This document shows, piece by piece, positions 53,401 through 60,517 of a stretch of DNA of 64,000 nucleotides (positions within the stretch are counted from its first letter, which is position 1; the number at the start of each line of letters is the position of its first letter). Below the pieces are notes generated by a model. That model saw only the letters and a program-made list of their open reading frames with translations. It was not told where the DNA came from and searched no databases. Made by a program: the position numbers and the translations under genes. This DNA comes from an uncultured Porphyromonadaceae bacterium. GTDB lineage: Bacteria > Bacteroidota > Bacteroidia > Bacteroidales > UBA11471. The stretch lies in the NCBI GenBank assembly GCA_900547555.1, contig URHG01000007.1, forward strand, positions 454 to 64,453, in the 5' to 3' direction.

Positions 53401-54426
53401 AGCCTTTGCCCGTTGCTCCATCACATAGTCCCAAGTGTAAATCTCGTCCTCCTTGAAGTCGTCCAACAGGTTGAACGGAGTGCCGGAAAGTCGCAGTATC
53501 TTTGTATTTGCTTTTGTCAGTTCCTGCATGACAGCCTTGCCGAGTTCCGTCTGTGTCCCTTCGTGCGCCTCGTCCACGATGATGCAATCCCAAGCTGTGG
53601 CAAACACTTCATTGTTCTTGTCGAAGTTGCCGCCCACAAGTTCAGAACCGCGCAAATCCTGCATGGAAGCGAAATACACATATTGGCATTTGCCCTGTTT
53701 TGCTCTCGCTTCAAGTGAAGCATGGCTGTCACCATTGTTCTTTGAGCCGTATGCAAAACAGGGACAGTCATAGAATATCTTGCCGAAATCCTCGAACCAG
53801 CCGCTATCCACCACAGGGCGATGAGTAAGAATCAAAGTGCGGCTGAAATCCATGTCTTTCACCACCTGCAAGGCCGACAATGTCTTGCCGAAACGCATCT
53901 TGGCGTTCCAAAGCATCTGGTTACTTTTCCTGAATTGCTTCTTGGTCTTTTCGATGGCTTCCCGTTGTTCGGGACGGAACACAATCGGTGTTTGGTCGTG
54001 TGAGACTTCGGCAGAAGACAACGATTCCCGACCTTCCTTTACGGCTGTTATTGCCCGCTTGACGGTTTCAAGGTCGGTGATGAACCACTCGTTGGCTTTG
54101 TTCTCGGTATCGAATATCTTTTTCCTAATGCCGGAACGTTCCAAAACGCTATGTACTTCCTTGTCGTTGAAAGAGCACAAGCCCTTTTTGCTGTTGTATA
54201 TCGTAAGTTCCGTATATAAGAGGTCGTATGCAATGCCTGCCGTTTGCGTATATTGGTTGATACGTTTCTTCGCGGACTCGTTGAGAGCCTTGCTGTTCGG
54301 AGCAAGACCGAAGACATTGTCATTGTCACAAGTGGCCTCGCCCACTTTCAGGCATCCCCTGTGTGCAGCATCATTGATGCGGAACACATATATCAGTTTT
54401 AATTTTAGTGAAGATGTGAATTTCAT
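50458..54426 (-). CDS. fusion protein: T5orf172/GIY-YIG-like domain, SF2 DEAH helicase, K/E-rich linker, TaqI/Eco57I-like N6-adenine methyltransferase, TaqI_C-like TRD
   Basis: aa 11-30 LIYVF...LKVGE and aa 112-115 NEWF fit T5orf172. Helicase: AKMRFGKT (175-182), DEAH (285-288), SGTP (314-317), QTIFRVQTP (529-537). Charged linker about 675-716. MTase: motif X-like ETVLTPWRVVNM (823-834), motif I-like ILEINSKSGLYPL (876-888; compare M.TaqI VLEPACAHGPFL), NPPY (993-996). C-terminal LYAKYELSEEEITFIE resembles TaqI_C-type TRD ends. Confidence 0.8.
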   Translation of the reverse strand: MKFTSSLKLKLIYVFRINDAAHRGCLKVGEATCDNDNVFGLAPNSKALNESAKKRINQYTQTAGIAYDLLYTELTIYNSKKGLCSFNDKEVHSVLERSGIRKKIFDTENKANEWFITDLETVKRAITAVKEGRESLSSAEVSHDQTPIVFRPEQREAIEKTKKQFRKSNQMLWNAKMRFGKTLSALQVVKDMDFSRTLILTHRPVVDSGWFEDFGKIFYDCPCFAYGSKNNGDSHASLEARAKQGKCQYVYFASMQDLRGSELVGGNFDKNNEVFATAWDCIIVDEAHEGTQTELGKAVMQELTKANTKILRLSGTPFNLLDDFKEDEIYTWDYVMEQRAKASWDLTHFGDPNPYASLPTMNIYTYDLGRLLHEFVDEDVAFNFREFFRVNDNGTFIHEKDVKAFLNLISKEDKDSCYPFANEEYRNIFRHTLWMLPGVKEARAMSALLQSHPVFQHFKVVNVAGDGDEDEESKDALAAVEEAIGKDPDATRTITLSCGRLTTGVSVKAWTGVFMLSGSYNTATSSYMQTIFRVQTPATINGRVKEQCYVFDFAPDRTLKVIAETAKISAKAGKTSGNDRKIMGEFLNFCPIISIEGSKMSQFDVPKMLEQLKRVYVERVVRNGFEDRSLYNDELMKLNDLELQEFDDLKKIIGQTKAMPKTNQVDINNQGLTDEQYEELEDLEKKSKKRGRDKQPLTEEEKQRLAELKKKKENREAAISILRGISIRMPLLIYGAELQDESQEITIDNFASLIDSQSWEEFMPKGVTKQKFNSIKKYYDPEIFCAAGKRIRAMARAADKLSVEERIERITDIFSTFRNPDKETVLTPWRVVNMHLGDCLGGYNFFEKDYETTLSDPRFIDRGEVTANVFAPDSRILEINSKSGLYPLYMAYSIYRTRVKNSLFSVSSIEDEQRIWDKVVAENIFVICKTPMAKSITKRTLIGFRKAKVNTRYFEDLINQIKNKPEHFIKQVDKFITDRTGIKNMKINAIVGNPPYQIITERTSDTPVYNYFMDVSFRISDKATLITPARYLFDAGKTPHDWNLKMLNDEHFKIIWYKAKSTDVFPNVDIKGGVAVCYRDANYSFGKIGSFTAYSELNGIYRKVVANNETFTPLSNIIYPQNKFDLSILYKEHPELKSRIGSNGNERRLTTSIFGLSEIFHVQKMQAEDIEMLGLIKNVREIRWINSSFIEDHPCLGKWKVIVPKSNGTGAIGEVLSTPLIGEPLIGYTQSFIGIGTFNEQTEAMAALKYVKSKFARTLLGILKVTQDNSKETWRFVPLQDFTSKSDIDWEKSVAEIDRQLYAKYELSEEEITFIESMIKPM

Positions 54427-54432
54427 ACTGCA

Positions 54433-55449
54433 CTATTTTATGAGGTCGATAAATCGGATTCGTTTTCCCATCTTTCCCGCTTCAGGGTCTTTGGCCCGCC
54501 AGTCCTTGATTTGGCAATAGATACCATTATGCCTGCGGATGTCATCTTTCTGACAGCCTTCGCATTGACTGACTTCTTCCCTTGTCCCGAACAAGTCGGC
54601 TACAATAGTCCGGCGTTCACCGCAACTGTTTGGGATGACACCTTTAAGCCCGTCCATCTGCCAGACGTTCCATGAAATGATGTAGGCGATATAATTGATG
54701 GATTTCAACAAGGGTCGCTTGCCGAACTTTTGTTGATAGTATTCGATAAAGGAAATAAGCATGGATTCACGGGCAATCAGCAAGTTATCGCCTTGCCATT
54801 CGTAAGCGTAAATGCTCTTATACGCTTCCTGTACCCATTCCAACCATTTGCCGGAAGTTTCCGTATTTTCGCCTACAATCCGCAACTTGCGGTCAAGCAG
54901 CCCGATACGCTGTTCTAAGGGAATAGCCTCCCCCGTTGTGGTGTCATATCTGCTTATAATATACGGGGCTTCCCCGCAGGTTATCTCCAATCGGTTGTCA
55001 CGTACATAATCTTTCCAAGTCTTACCTTCCGGAAATTGAATTTTCTCTGAGTTGGGTCTCCACCGATGACAACCCTGTTCGTCGGTGTACTCCGTATTGA
55101 ACACATCCTTTCTTCCAAACCATGCTTCATCGATCAGGTTGTTCTGCGCATTGCATATCCATGACGGAGTGAACACCTCTGCCATTTCTCGCGAACGTGC
55201 GGTTTGGGTGTCACGACTTTTGAGAATACGCGGCATGATGACATGCCCGTTATCTCCAGTAATAAGACAGGGAAGAATTGGCGAATCATATTGATACCCT
55301 TCGCCCAGATATTCATAATCGGAAGTAGCCCAAAAGATATTGCGCTGAATATCCTCCTTGCTCGTCGTATGGTCTTTGAGCAGGATATTCAACAGTTCGG
55401 GCGAAAGCCGAAAGATACTATCTTCCAATATATCAACTTCAACAGGCAT
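54433..55449 (-). CDS. methyltransferase N-lobe-like protein lacking the NPPY catalytic motif, with a C-terminal Cys cluster
   Basis: AEVFTPSWICN (90-100) resembles motif X. LEITCGEAPYI (154-164) aligns with M.TaqI LEPACAHGPFL. IYAYEWQGDNLLIARESML resembles motifs II/III. No (D/N)PP(Y/F/W). C-x19-C-x2-C-x12-C at 276-312. Its stop is 6 nt from the start of the fusion gene. Confidence 0.5.
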   Translation of the reverse strand: MPVEVDILEDSIFRLSPELLNILLKDHTTSKEDIQRNIFWATSDYEYLGEGYQYDSPILPCLITGDNGHVIMPRILKSRDTQTARSREMAEVFTPSWICNAQNNLIDEAWFGRKDVFNTEYTDEQGCHRWRPNSEKIQFPEGKTWKDYVRDNRLEITCGEAPYIISRYDTTTGEAIPLEQRIGLLDRKLRIVGENTETSGKWLEWVQEAYKSIYAYEWQGDNLLIARESMLISFIEYYQQKFGKRPLLKSINYIAYIISWNVWQMDGLKGVIPNSCGERRTIVADLFGTREEVSQCEGCQKDDIRRHNGIYCQIKDWRAKDPEAGKMGKRIRFIDLIK

Positions 55450-55469
55450 TTTATATCGGGTTTATGAGT

Positions 55470-55485
55470 ATCTCTTGATAAGAGA
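55470..55485. repeat. left inverted repeat ATCTCTTGATAAGAGA
   Basis: Perfect reverse complement of 55646-55661, checked base by base. Confidence 0.9.
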
Positions 55486-55645
55486 GCCATCCCGAAGAAA
55501 TAAGCACTAATAATCAGTGCTATAAGAACCCGATTTGACGGATTTACAAAACAGATCCTCGCAAAATACCTTTCATATATCATTATAAATGAGGATTGAA
55601 CACGGTTTTTGAAATATTATGCGTACCTTTGCGAAATAAACTATA

Positions 55646-55661
55646 TCTCTTATCAAGAGAT
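55646..55661. repeat. right inverted repeat TCTCTTATCAAGAGAT
   Basis: Reverse complement of 55470-55485. Confidence 0.9.
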
Positions 55662-55700
55662 TCGTCTTTTCGCTCAACACATTTCACCATAAATATCCGG

Positions 55701-56912
55701 TCAAAAATCTTTCAGGATAAGGCTGTTCGCCTTGTCCACCACGCTTGTGTCAAGCGATGCGAGATAGATGCGCGTGGTCTCTTCCGAATCATGTCCCATG
55801 CCCTCACTGATGACAGAAAGAGGGATGTTCTTGCTCTTGGCAACGCTCGCCCAACAATGCCGGGCAACGTGCATGGTCAGCGGTATGTTCAATCCTGCCA
55901 GACCAGCGACTTCCTTCAACGCCACATTGATGCGGCAGATGGCGTTACGGTATTGTGTCCGCTCATCGGAGCATGGGTTGGTGATTATCGGCAGGAGGTA
56001 GCGGGTGGCCGTATTCTCGCCGTACTTGGCGATGATGTCTTCCATGCACTTCTCCCATTTGACTGTGAGCTGCTGCCCGGTCTTTCTTCTACGGTACGTG
56101 ATTATTCCGTTCTTCAAATCCGATTTTTTCAGATAGGCCATATCAATGAATGACATGCCACGGGTATAAAAGGAGAAGAGGAACATATCCCTTGCATAGT
56201 CCAGATGCGGTTTCAGAGTCAAATCAAGTTCCTTAATGTGCTTGATGGACTTCAATGGAATGGCGCGTTTTACCGTCTTCCCGATGCCAGTGTAAACGTG
56301 CTTGAAAGGATGCTTCTGTTCCGTCAGTTCCTTTTCCACGGCACGGTTGTAAACGGCACGGAGTATGCGCATATAAAAGGAAACCGTGTTGGGGCAGATG
56401 CCCTTGCCTTTGAGCCAGGCCTCGTAAAGCATCATGGTGTTGCCGTCTATCTCGCACAAGAGTATGTCCTGCCCCTCACGGAACTTCATAAAACTGCCCA
56501 ATGCCGCCGTATAGGTTTCTGATGTGCGGACTTTGCCAAGCTGCTTCAACTGTCCTATGATGCCTTGCATGAAACGGAACAGCGATTGTTCGCCCGTTTG
56601 CCCGTTGAACTTCTCGACGATGCTGTCAGCGGAATAAATTCCTCCCTGCCTGTCGCATTGGGCGACTATGGCTTTCAACCGTCCGGTGTCCCAGTCGATA
56701 TGTTCCGCCACTTCACGGAGATACCGTTTTCTATTTTCGCCGATTTCGGGCAGGATTTTAACAGAGGAAGTTCTCTTGTCCCATTCCGTATCAAATATGC
56801 GGTAGTCCGTCTTGACTTGGCGGACTATGCGCCCGTGGATTACCTGATAATATATGCTGCCCTCCCTGCCGCTCGCGGTGGAAGGACGAAATTTCACTTT
56901 TATGGATGCCAT
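55701..56912 (-). CDS. tyrosine-type site-specific recombinase (Bacteroidales integrase family)
   Basis: N-terminal arm-binding-like MASIKVKFRPS...GSIYYQV. Catalytic HVARHCWAS...GH...TRIY. Confidence 0.85.
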   Translation of the reverse strand: MASIKVKFRPSTASGREGSIYYQVIHGRIVRQVKTDYRIFDTEWDKRTSSVKILPEIGENRKRYLREVAEHIDWDTGRLKAIVAQCDRQGGIYSADSIVEKFNGQTGEQSLFRFMQGIIGQLKQLGKVRTSETYTAALGSFMKFREGQDILLCEIDGNTMMLYEAWLKGKGICPNTVSFYMRILRAVYNRAVEKELTEQKHPFKHVYTGIGKTVKRAIPLKSIKHIKELDLTLKPHLDYARDMFLFSFYTRGMSFIDMAYLKKSDLKNGIITYRRRKTGQQLTVKWEKCMEDIIAKYGENTATRYLLPIITNPCSDERTQYRNAICRINVALKEVAGLAGLNIPLTMHVARHCWASVAKSKNIPLSVISEGMGHDSEETTRIYLASLDTSVVDKANSLILKDF

Positions 56913-56917
56913 TCACT

Positions 56918-57706
56918 TTATTTTTGTTGTTTGGATTGTTTTTCTTCCTCTCTCACTGTCTTGACTTGCCGGTTGAATATGGCCAGCGTGGAGTCCACAC
57001 CGACAACATCCACCAGTTTCTCGTAAGCCCCGACAGTTACTGCCAGTTCCGGGTACAGTTCGTTGAGCATGACCGTGGTCACATGGTGTTTGTCTGCAAC
57101 CGTTCTCAACCGCCTGTTTTCTTCCCGGTACTCATGCCATTGTACCCAACTGACGGCAAACAGGACAAAGAATACGAGCGTACAGCCCATGCCAGTCCAT
57201 ACATATGGGTTCTTGTGCCAGCCATCGGGAACTTTGCTCCATAACAGCCTTATTGCATTTATTGCCTTGTCCGAGCGGATTATCTGCCATAGTTCCGATA
57301 TGACACTTTGCTTTTGCCGCACCTGTTCCGAAGTCTGCTTGTCTTTTTCCACATGGGCAGTCAGCATTTCCAATATTTTGTTGAGCAGTTCCTTGATAGT
57401 GGGAACTCCGTGCTTACGCATATCCTTCTCGTTGGCTTCGGTGTATAACCGCAGACTTGCTACCGCTTCATCACCTATTGATTGCTTGTATTCCTCGATG
57501 GTCTCTTTGCTTCCGAAAATGTCATTGACATTTTCCGGGGCATTGCCATTGAAGAACCGTATAACAGGCTCCAACTTCGCTTCCAGTCTTTTCAATGCCT
57601 CGTTCTTGTCCGGGCTATCCTTTGCGTCCAGTTTTTTCTTGATTTCCTCGATGTCCACTGCCAATGCCCCGATAAGGTCGGTTAAGTTCTGCTTGTTGTC
57701 CTTCAT
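56918..57706 (-). CDS. hypothetical coiled-coil / membrane protein in the mobilization operon
   Basis: Overlaps the relaxase stop by 4 nt. One hydrophobic helix (GMGCTLVFFVLFAVSWV). No recognisable motif. Confidence 0.4.
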   Translation of the reverse strand: MKDNKQNLTDLIGALAVDIEEIKKKLDAKDSPDKNEALKRLEAKLEPVIRFFNGNAPENVNDIFGSKETIEEYKQSIGDEAVASLRLYTEANEKDMRKHGVPTIKELLNKILEMLTAHVEKDKQTSEQVRQKQSVISELWQIIRSDKAINAIRLLWSKVPDGWHKNPYVWTGMGCTLVFFVLFAVSWVQWHEYREENRRLRTVADKHHVTTVMLNELYPELAVTVGAYEKLVDVVGVDSTLAIFNRQVKTVREEEKQSKQQK

Positions 57707-58755
57707 CTTTTTCTCCTCCTTGGTTTATGTTTGTCCTTTTCGTTGTCATTCTCGCCCCAGCCGCTTTCGTTTCTTCCACCTCCGCCGCCGGATGACACCT
57801 TGGCTTGGTGCGGTTGCACGCACAACTCCATGAGTGTGCCGATGGTCACTTGAACGATGTTTGAACTGGGTTCAGCAGGGATGCTTCCGTTGCCGTCCAC
57901 TTCCGCTTTGGCCGGTGACGGCTCTCTTATAAAAGTATCAGCCGTATTGTTGTGGAATCCCACATCCTGCCGGGTCGGTTGTGGCTGTTCTTGCACACGG
58001 GGCTTCCATTCCATGCCCTCTGCGATTTGGTTCCCGAAGAGCCTGTTCAACTTATAAAAACTCATACTCCGGTCTATCTGTGAGCCACTGAACGAGATTT
58101 CATTCTTCGTGAACGATACTCCGATGATTTTACCTTCGTTTCTATTGTATTTGAAATTCACCCCGATACCCTGTTTTGCCAGCCTGTCACACAAATCCGA
58201 CCAGCAGTTGCAATGGGGTAATGCCGCCTTGATAGCATCATAGATTTGGTATTTCACCTTGTCCTTGCCACGCAGACGGTCACGCTTCACGTTCATCTTG
58301 CCCTTGGAGAAGTGCAGTCCGTATTCCCTCGTGAGAGCTTTGCATACTTTTACATTACGCACATTATCGTTGCTGTCACTGATGGTGTTCCCGTCATTGT
58401 CCACCCTGTTGGCCACGATATGCAGATGCTGGTGTTCCCTGTCGGTATGACGGCACACGATGTACTGGGTGTTCGTTATGCCCATGCGCCGCATATATTC
58501 ACGGGCAATTTCGACCATCAGGGCATCCGTCAGCTTGGGTGCATCCTCGTGTGCGAAGTCCAGCGAAATATGGTACACCGGATTTTTCAGCTTGCGTCCC
58601 GGCTTGTCATCCGCCTGTCCCTGCATACTCCTTGCGATGGTGGTGTTGTCATCCTGTCTCACGTCCTTACTGTCGATAAGCCTTGCCTTCTTCGGGTTGT
58701 TCACGTAGTTCACCACTCTGGCGAAACTCGCCCGTTTTTTCAAATCGCCCATCAT
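57703..58755 (-). CDS. relaxase / mobilization nuclease
   Basis: HISLDF and the histidine triad HTDREHQHLHIVANRV. Overlaps MobC by 4 nt. Confidence 0.85.
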   Translation of the reverse strand: MMGDLKKRASFARVVNYVNNPKKARLIDSKDVRQDDNTTIARSMQGQADDKPGRKLKNPVYHISLDFAHEDAPKLTDALMVEIAREYMRRMGITNTQYIVCRHTDREHQHLHIVANRVDNDGNTISDSNDNVRNVKVCKALTREYGLHFSKGKMNVKRDRLRGKDKVKYQIYDAIKAALPHCNCWSDLCDRLAKQGIGVNFKYNRNEGKIIGVSFTKNEISFSGSQIDRSMSFYKLNRLFGNQIAEGMEWKPRVQEQPQPTRQDVGFHNNTADTFIREPSPAKAEVDGNGSIPAEPSSNIVQVTIGTLMELCVQPHQAKVSSGGGGGRNESGWGENDNEKDKHKPRRRKR

Positions 58756-59102
58756 ATCCTCTCGATGATTTTATTGAACTCGTCCAGCAAGTCCATGATT
58801 TTGCCTTTCAAAAGAGAAAAGCCCTGTTGGTGCGCCATCTTCGTCAGTTGGTTCAGGTTGTTGCATCCTCCCTCCAGCATCCTTATCTGCTGCCTGTCTT
58901 CCTGTGTCCGTGCAGACACAACCTTGCCGTATAATAACAAATCACGCAGGAAGTGTGACGGTTTCTTTCCTGTATCTGTTATCCGTTTCATGACCGCTTT
59001 CCATTCGGCAAGCGTGAGCCGTGTGGATATGGTCTTTGTCCGCGCCTTGCCTTTCACCGTTTTTGGGCGGCCTCCCTTGTTCCTGTTCTCCTGATATGTC
59101 AT
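58752..59102 (-). CDS. MobC-family relaxosome accessory protein
   Basis: RHH-like ISTRLTLAEWKAV and GGCNNLNQLTKMAHQ (the MobC NxNQ motif). Confidence 0.8.
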   Translation of the reverse strand: MTYQENRNKGGRPKTVKGKARTKTISTRLTLAEWKAVMKRITDTGKKPSHFLRDLLLYGKVVSARTQEDRQQIRMLEGGCNNLNQLTKMAHQQGFSLLKGKIMDLLDEFNKIIERI

Positions 59103-59134
59103 ATCCGTTTTCTTTTATTCGTTAAACCGTTCTG

Positions 59135-59238
59135 TTTTTTAGGGCTGAATTTGCGGCTTGCCGTTTCCTGTGTGGCCGGATCGCCGTTTGTGGCGTGGTT
59201 TTCGTGGACGAAAACATTAACTTGCCAGCCCTAAAAAA
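59135..59238. other. candidate oriT region
   Basis: 13-bp IR TTTTTTAGGGCTG / CAGCCCTAAAAAA (59135-59147 / 59226-59238) enclosing the hairpin GTTTTCG TGGA CGAAAAC (59198-59215). Immediately upstream of mobC. Confidence 0.35.
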
Positions 59239-59278
59239 TATCCCTTCTAAAACATTGTCGCTTGCCATTCCTGCCGCT

Positions 59279-59998
59279 TCATTCCTGTGGCTGTTTCCAT
59301 TCCCGTGAACCGGACAGTGTGTTGCCATCCTCTAAGACAGGTGTGTCGTCGGCATCCACGGCTGCATTTTCCGCAGTGCTTTCCATTCCGCTTTCGGTTG
59401 TTGCTGCCGTTTCGGTTTCCGCTGTACCTGTTTCTTCTATAATAGGATTGGAATGGGTCGGATTCATGGACGGCAAGCCATCTATTCCCTCTGCCGTTTC
59501 TTCTATCGGTTTTTCTTTCTTCTTCCTTGCCGAACTGCGGCGCAAGGTCTCTAATTGTTGCCCGTTGAAAAGGAATACACGTACCCCTTCGTATGCCTTG
59601 ATTGTCTGGCGGTATGTCGGATTCTCGATGAGCCGCCCTGCTATCATCCACGACTTCACGCACACCATGTCTATGATGGAAGTCACGGGATTGGAATCAA
59701 CACGGATTAGCCCGCGTTCCGAGAAATCCTCCAACAGGCGGGACACCGCCTTGCGCCCGATGCCCCATTCCTTGGCCAGTACCAGCATGGAGCTGTCCAC
59801 CTGTCCGGGATGGACGGCATAGCCCAATCCACGTTTGGTGTTCTGCACTTCCGATACTGTCATCTTCGACAAAAGGGAAAGAAGATAGGTAAGGTTGCAT
59901 ATCCCGTCCGTGCTCCCGTGCAGGAAGTACCATGCCTCCACGGACATTGCCATCTCCAATTTGTAGCACGGCAAAACAAGCTGCTTCAAATTCTTCAT
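59279..59998 (-). CDS. hypothetical winged-HTH protein with an acidic T/E-rich tail
   Basis: LAKEWGIGRKAVSRLLEDFSERGLIRV looks like a wHTH. No family recognised. Confidence 0.4.
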   Translation of the reverse strand: MKNLKQLVLPCYKLEMAMSVEAWYFLHGSTDGICNLTYLLSLLSKMTVSEVQNTKRGLGYAVHPGQVDSSMLVLAKEWGIGRKAVSRLLEDFSERGLIRVDSNPVTSIIDMVCVKSWMIAGRLIENPTYRQTIKAYEGVRVFLFNGQQLETLRRSSARKKKEKPIEETAEGIDGLPSMNPTHSNPIIEETGTAETETAATTESGMESTAENAAVDADDTPVLEDGNTLSGSREWKQPQE

Positions 59999-60032
59999 AA
60001 GTCTTGATTTTTTTTGTTGTGCGTCTTGTAAA

Positions 60033-60344
60033 TTATCCCTTGGCGTTCTTGTCGGCCTTCCTGTTGGTGGCTTTCAGGCTCTTGATGCGGTCTATCTGTT
60101 CCTTGGGAAACAGGACACGCCGTCCTATCCGCTGTCCTTTGATGTGTCCCAGCTTCTCGTGCCGCCAGATGGTCGCTATGCTCACGCCCCATTTCTCCGC
60201 CAGTTGCCGGATGGTGTAATACTCCGATGTGTCCTGTGGTGTCTGTTCCTGCCGGTATTCCTCAAACGCGCACCTCACGCTTGCGCCGATAAGCTGTTGA
60301 AGCTCGTCGCGCGATACCAGTACCATTTCTGTCTTATCTGTCAT
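60033..60344 (-). CDS. excisionase-family / MerR-like HTH DNA-binding protein
   Basis: YYTIRQLAEKWGVSIATIWRHEKLGHIKGQRIGRRVLF is the HTH_17 Xis pattern. A CAAAGGTA box (TACCTTTG on the minus strand) lies at 60372-60379. Confidence 0.75.
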   Translation of the reverse strand: MTDKTEMVLVSRDELQQLIGASVRCAFEEYRQEQTPQDTSEYYTIRQLAEKWGVSIATIWRHEKLGHIKGQRIGRRVLFPKEQIDRIKSLKATNRKADKNAKG

Positions 60345-60431
60345 AATCCACTGATTTTAAGTTCATGGCGGCAAAGGTAGGGCAATAATGAAACCTGTGA
60401 ATTTGTGGTATTCTGTGAAATGACACCGAAT

Positions 60432-60467
60432 GAAAAAAGCCGTCAAACAACTGGTGCTTAACGGCTT
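60432..60467 (-). terminator. rho-independent terminator of the integrase plus 398-aa unit
   Basis: On the minus strand, AAGCCGT ... ACGGCTT followed by TTTTTCA. Confidence 0.55.
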
Positions 60468-60517
60468 GTGGAAGTCTGTGGGTTGTGGTGAATTGTAGCC
60501 ACCTGTGGGTTATGTCA

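Larger units (their letters stand above)
55470..55661. promoter_or_regulatory. candidate invertible promoter segment (inverton), sequenced in the OFF orientation relative to the 54433-55449 / 50458-54426 operon
   Basis: A 16-bp perfect IR pair brackets 160 bp containing TACCTTTG (55624-55631, + strand) and a weaker TACCTTTC (55567-55574, + strand). A tyrosine recombinase gene ends 40 nt away. Confidence 0.55.

Noticed and set aside
55596-56153. 185-aa plus-strand ORF starting inside the invertible segment
   Set aside because: It is antisense to the tyrosine recombinase gene and has no recognisable domain. It is noted only as the possible path of an antisense transcript.
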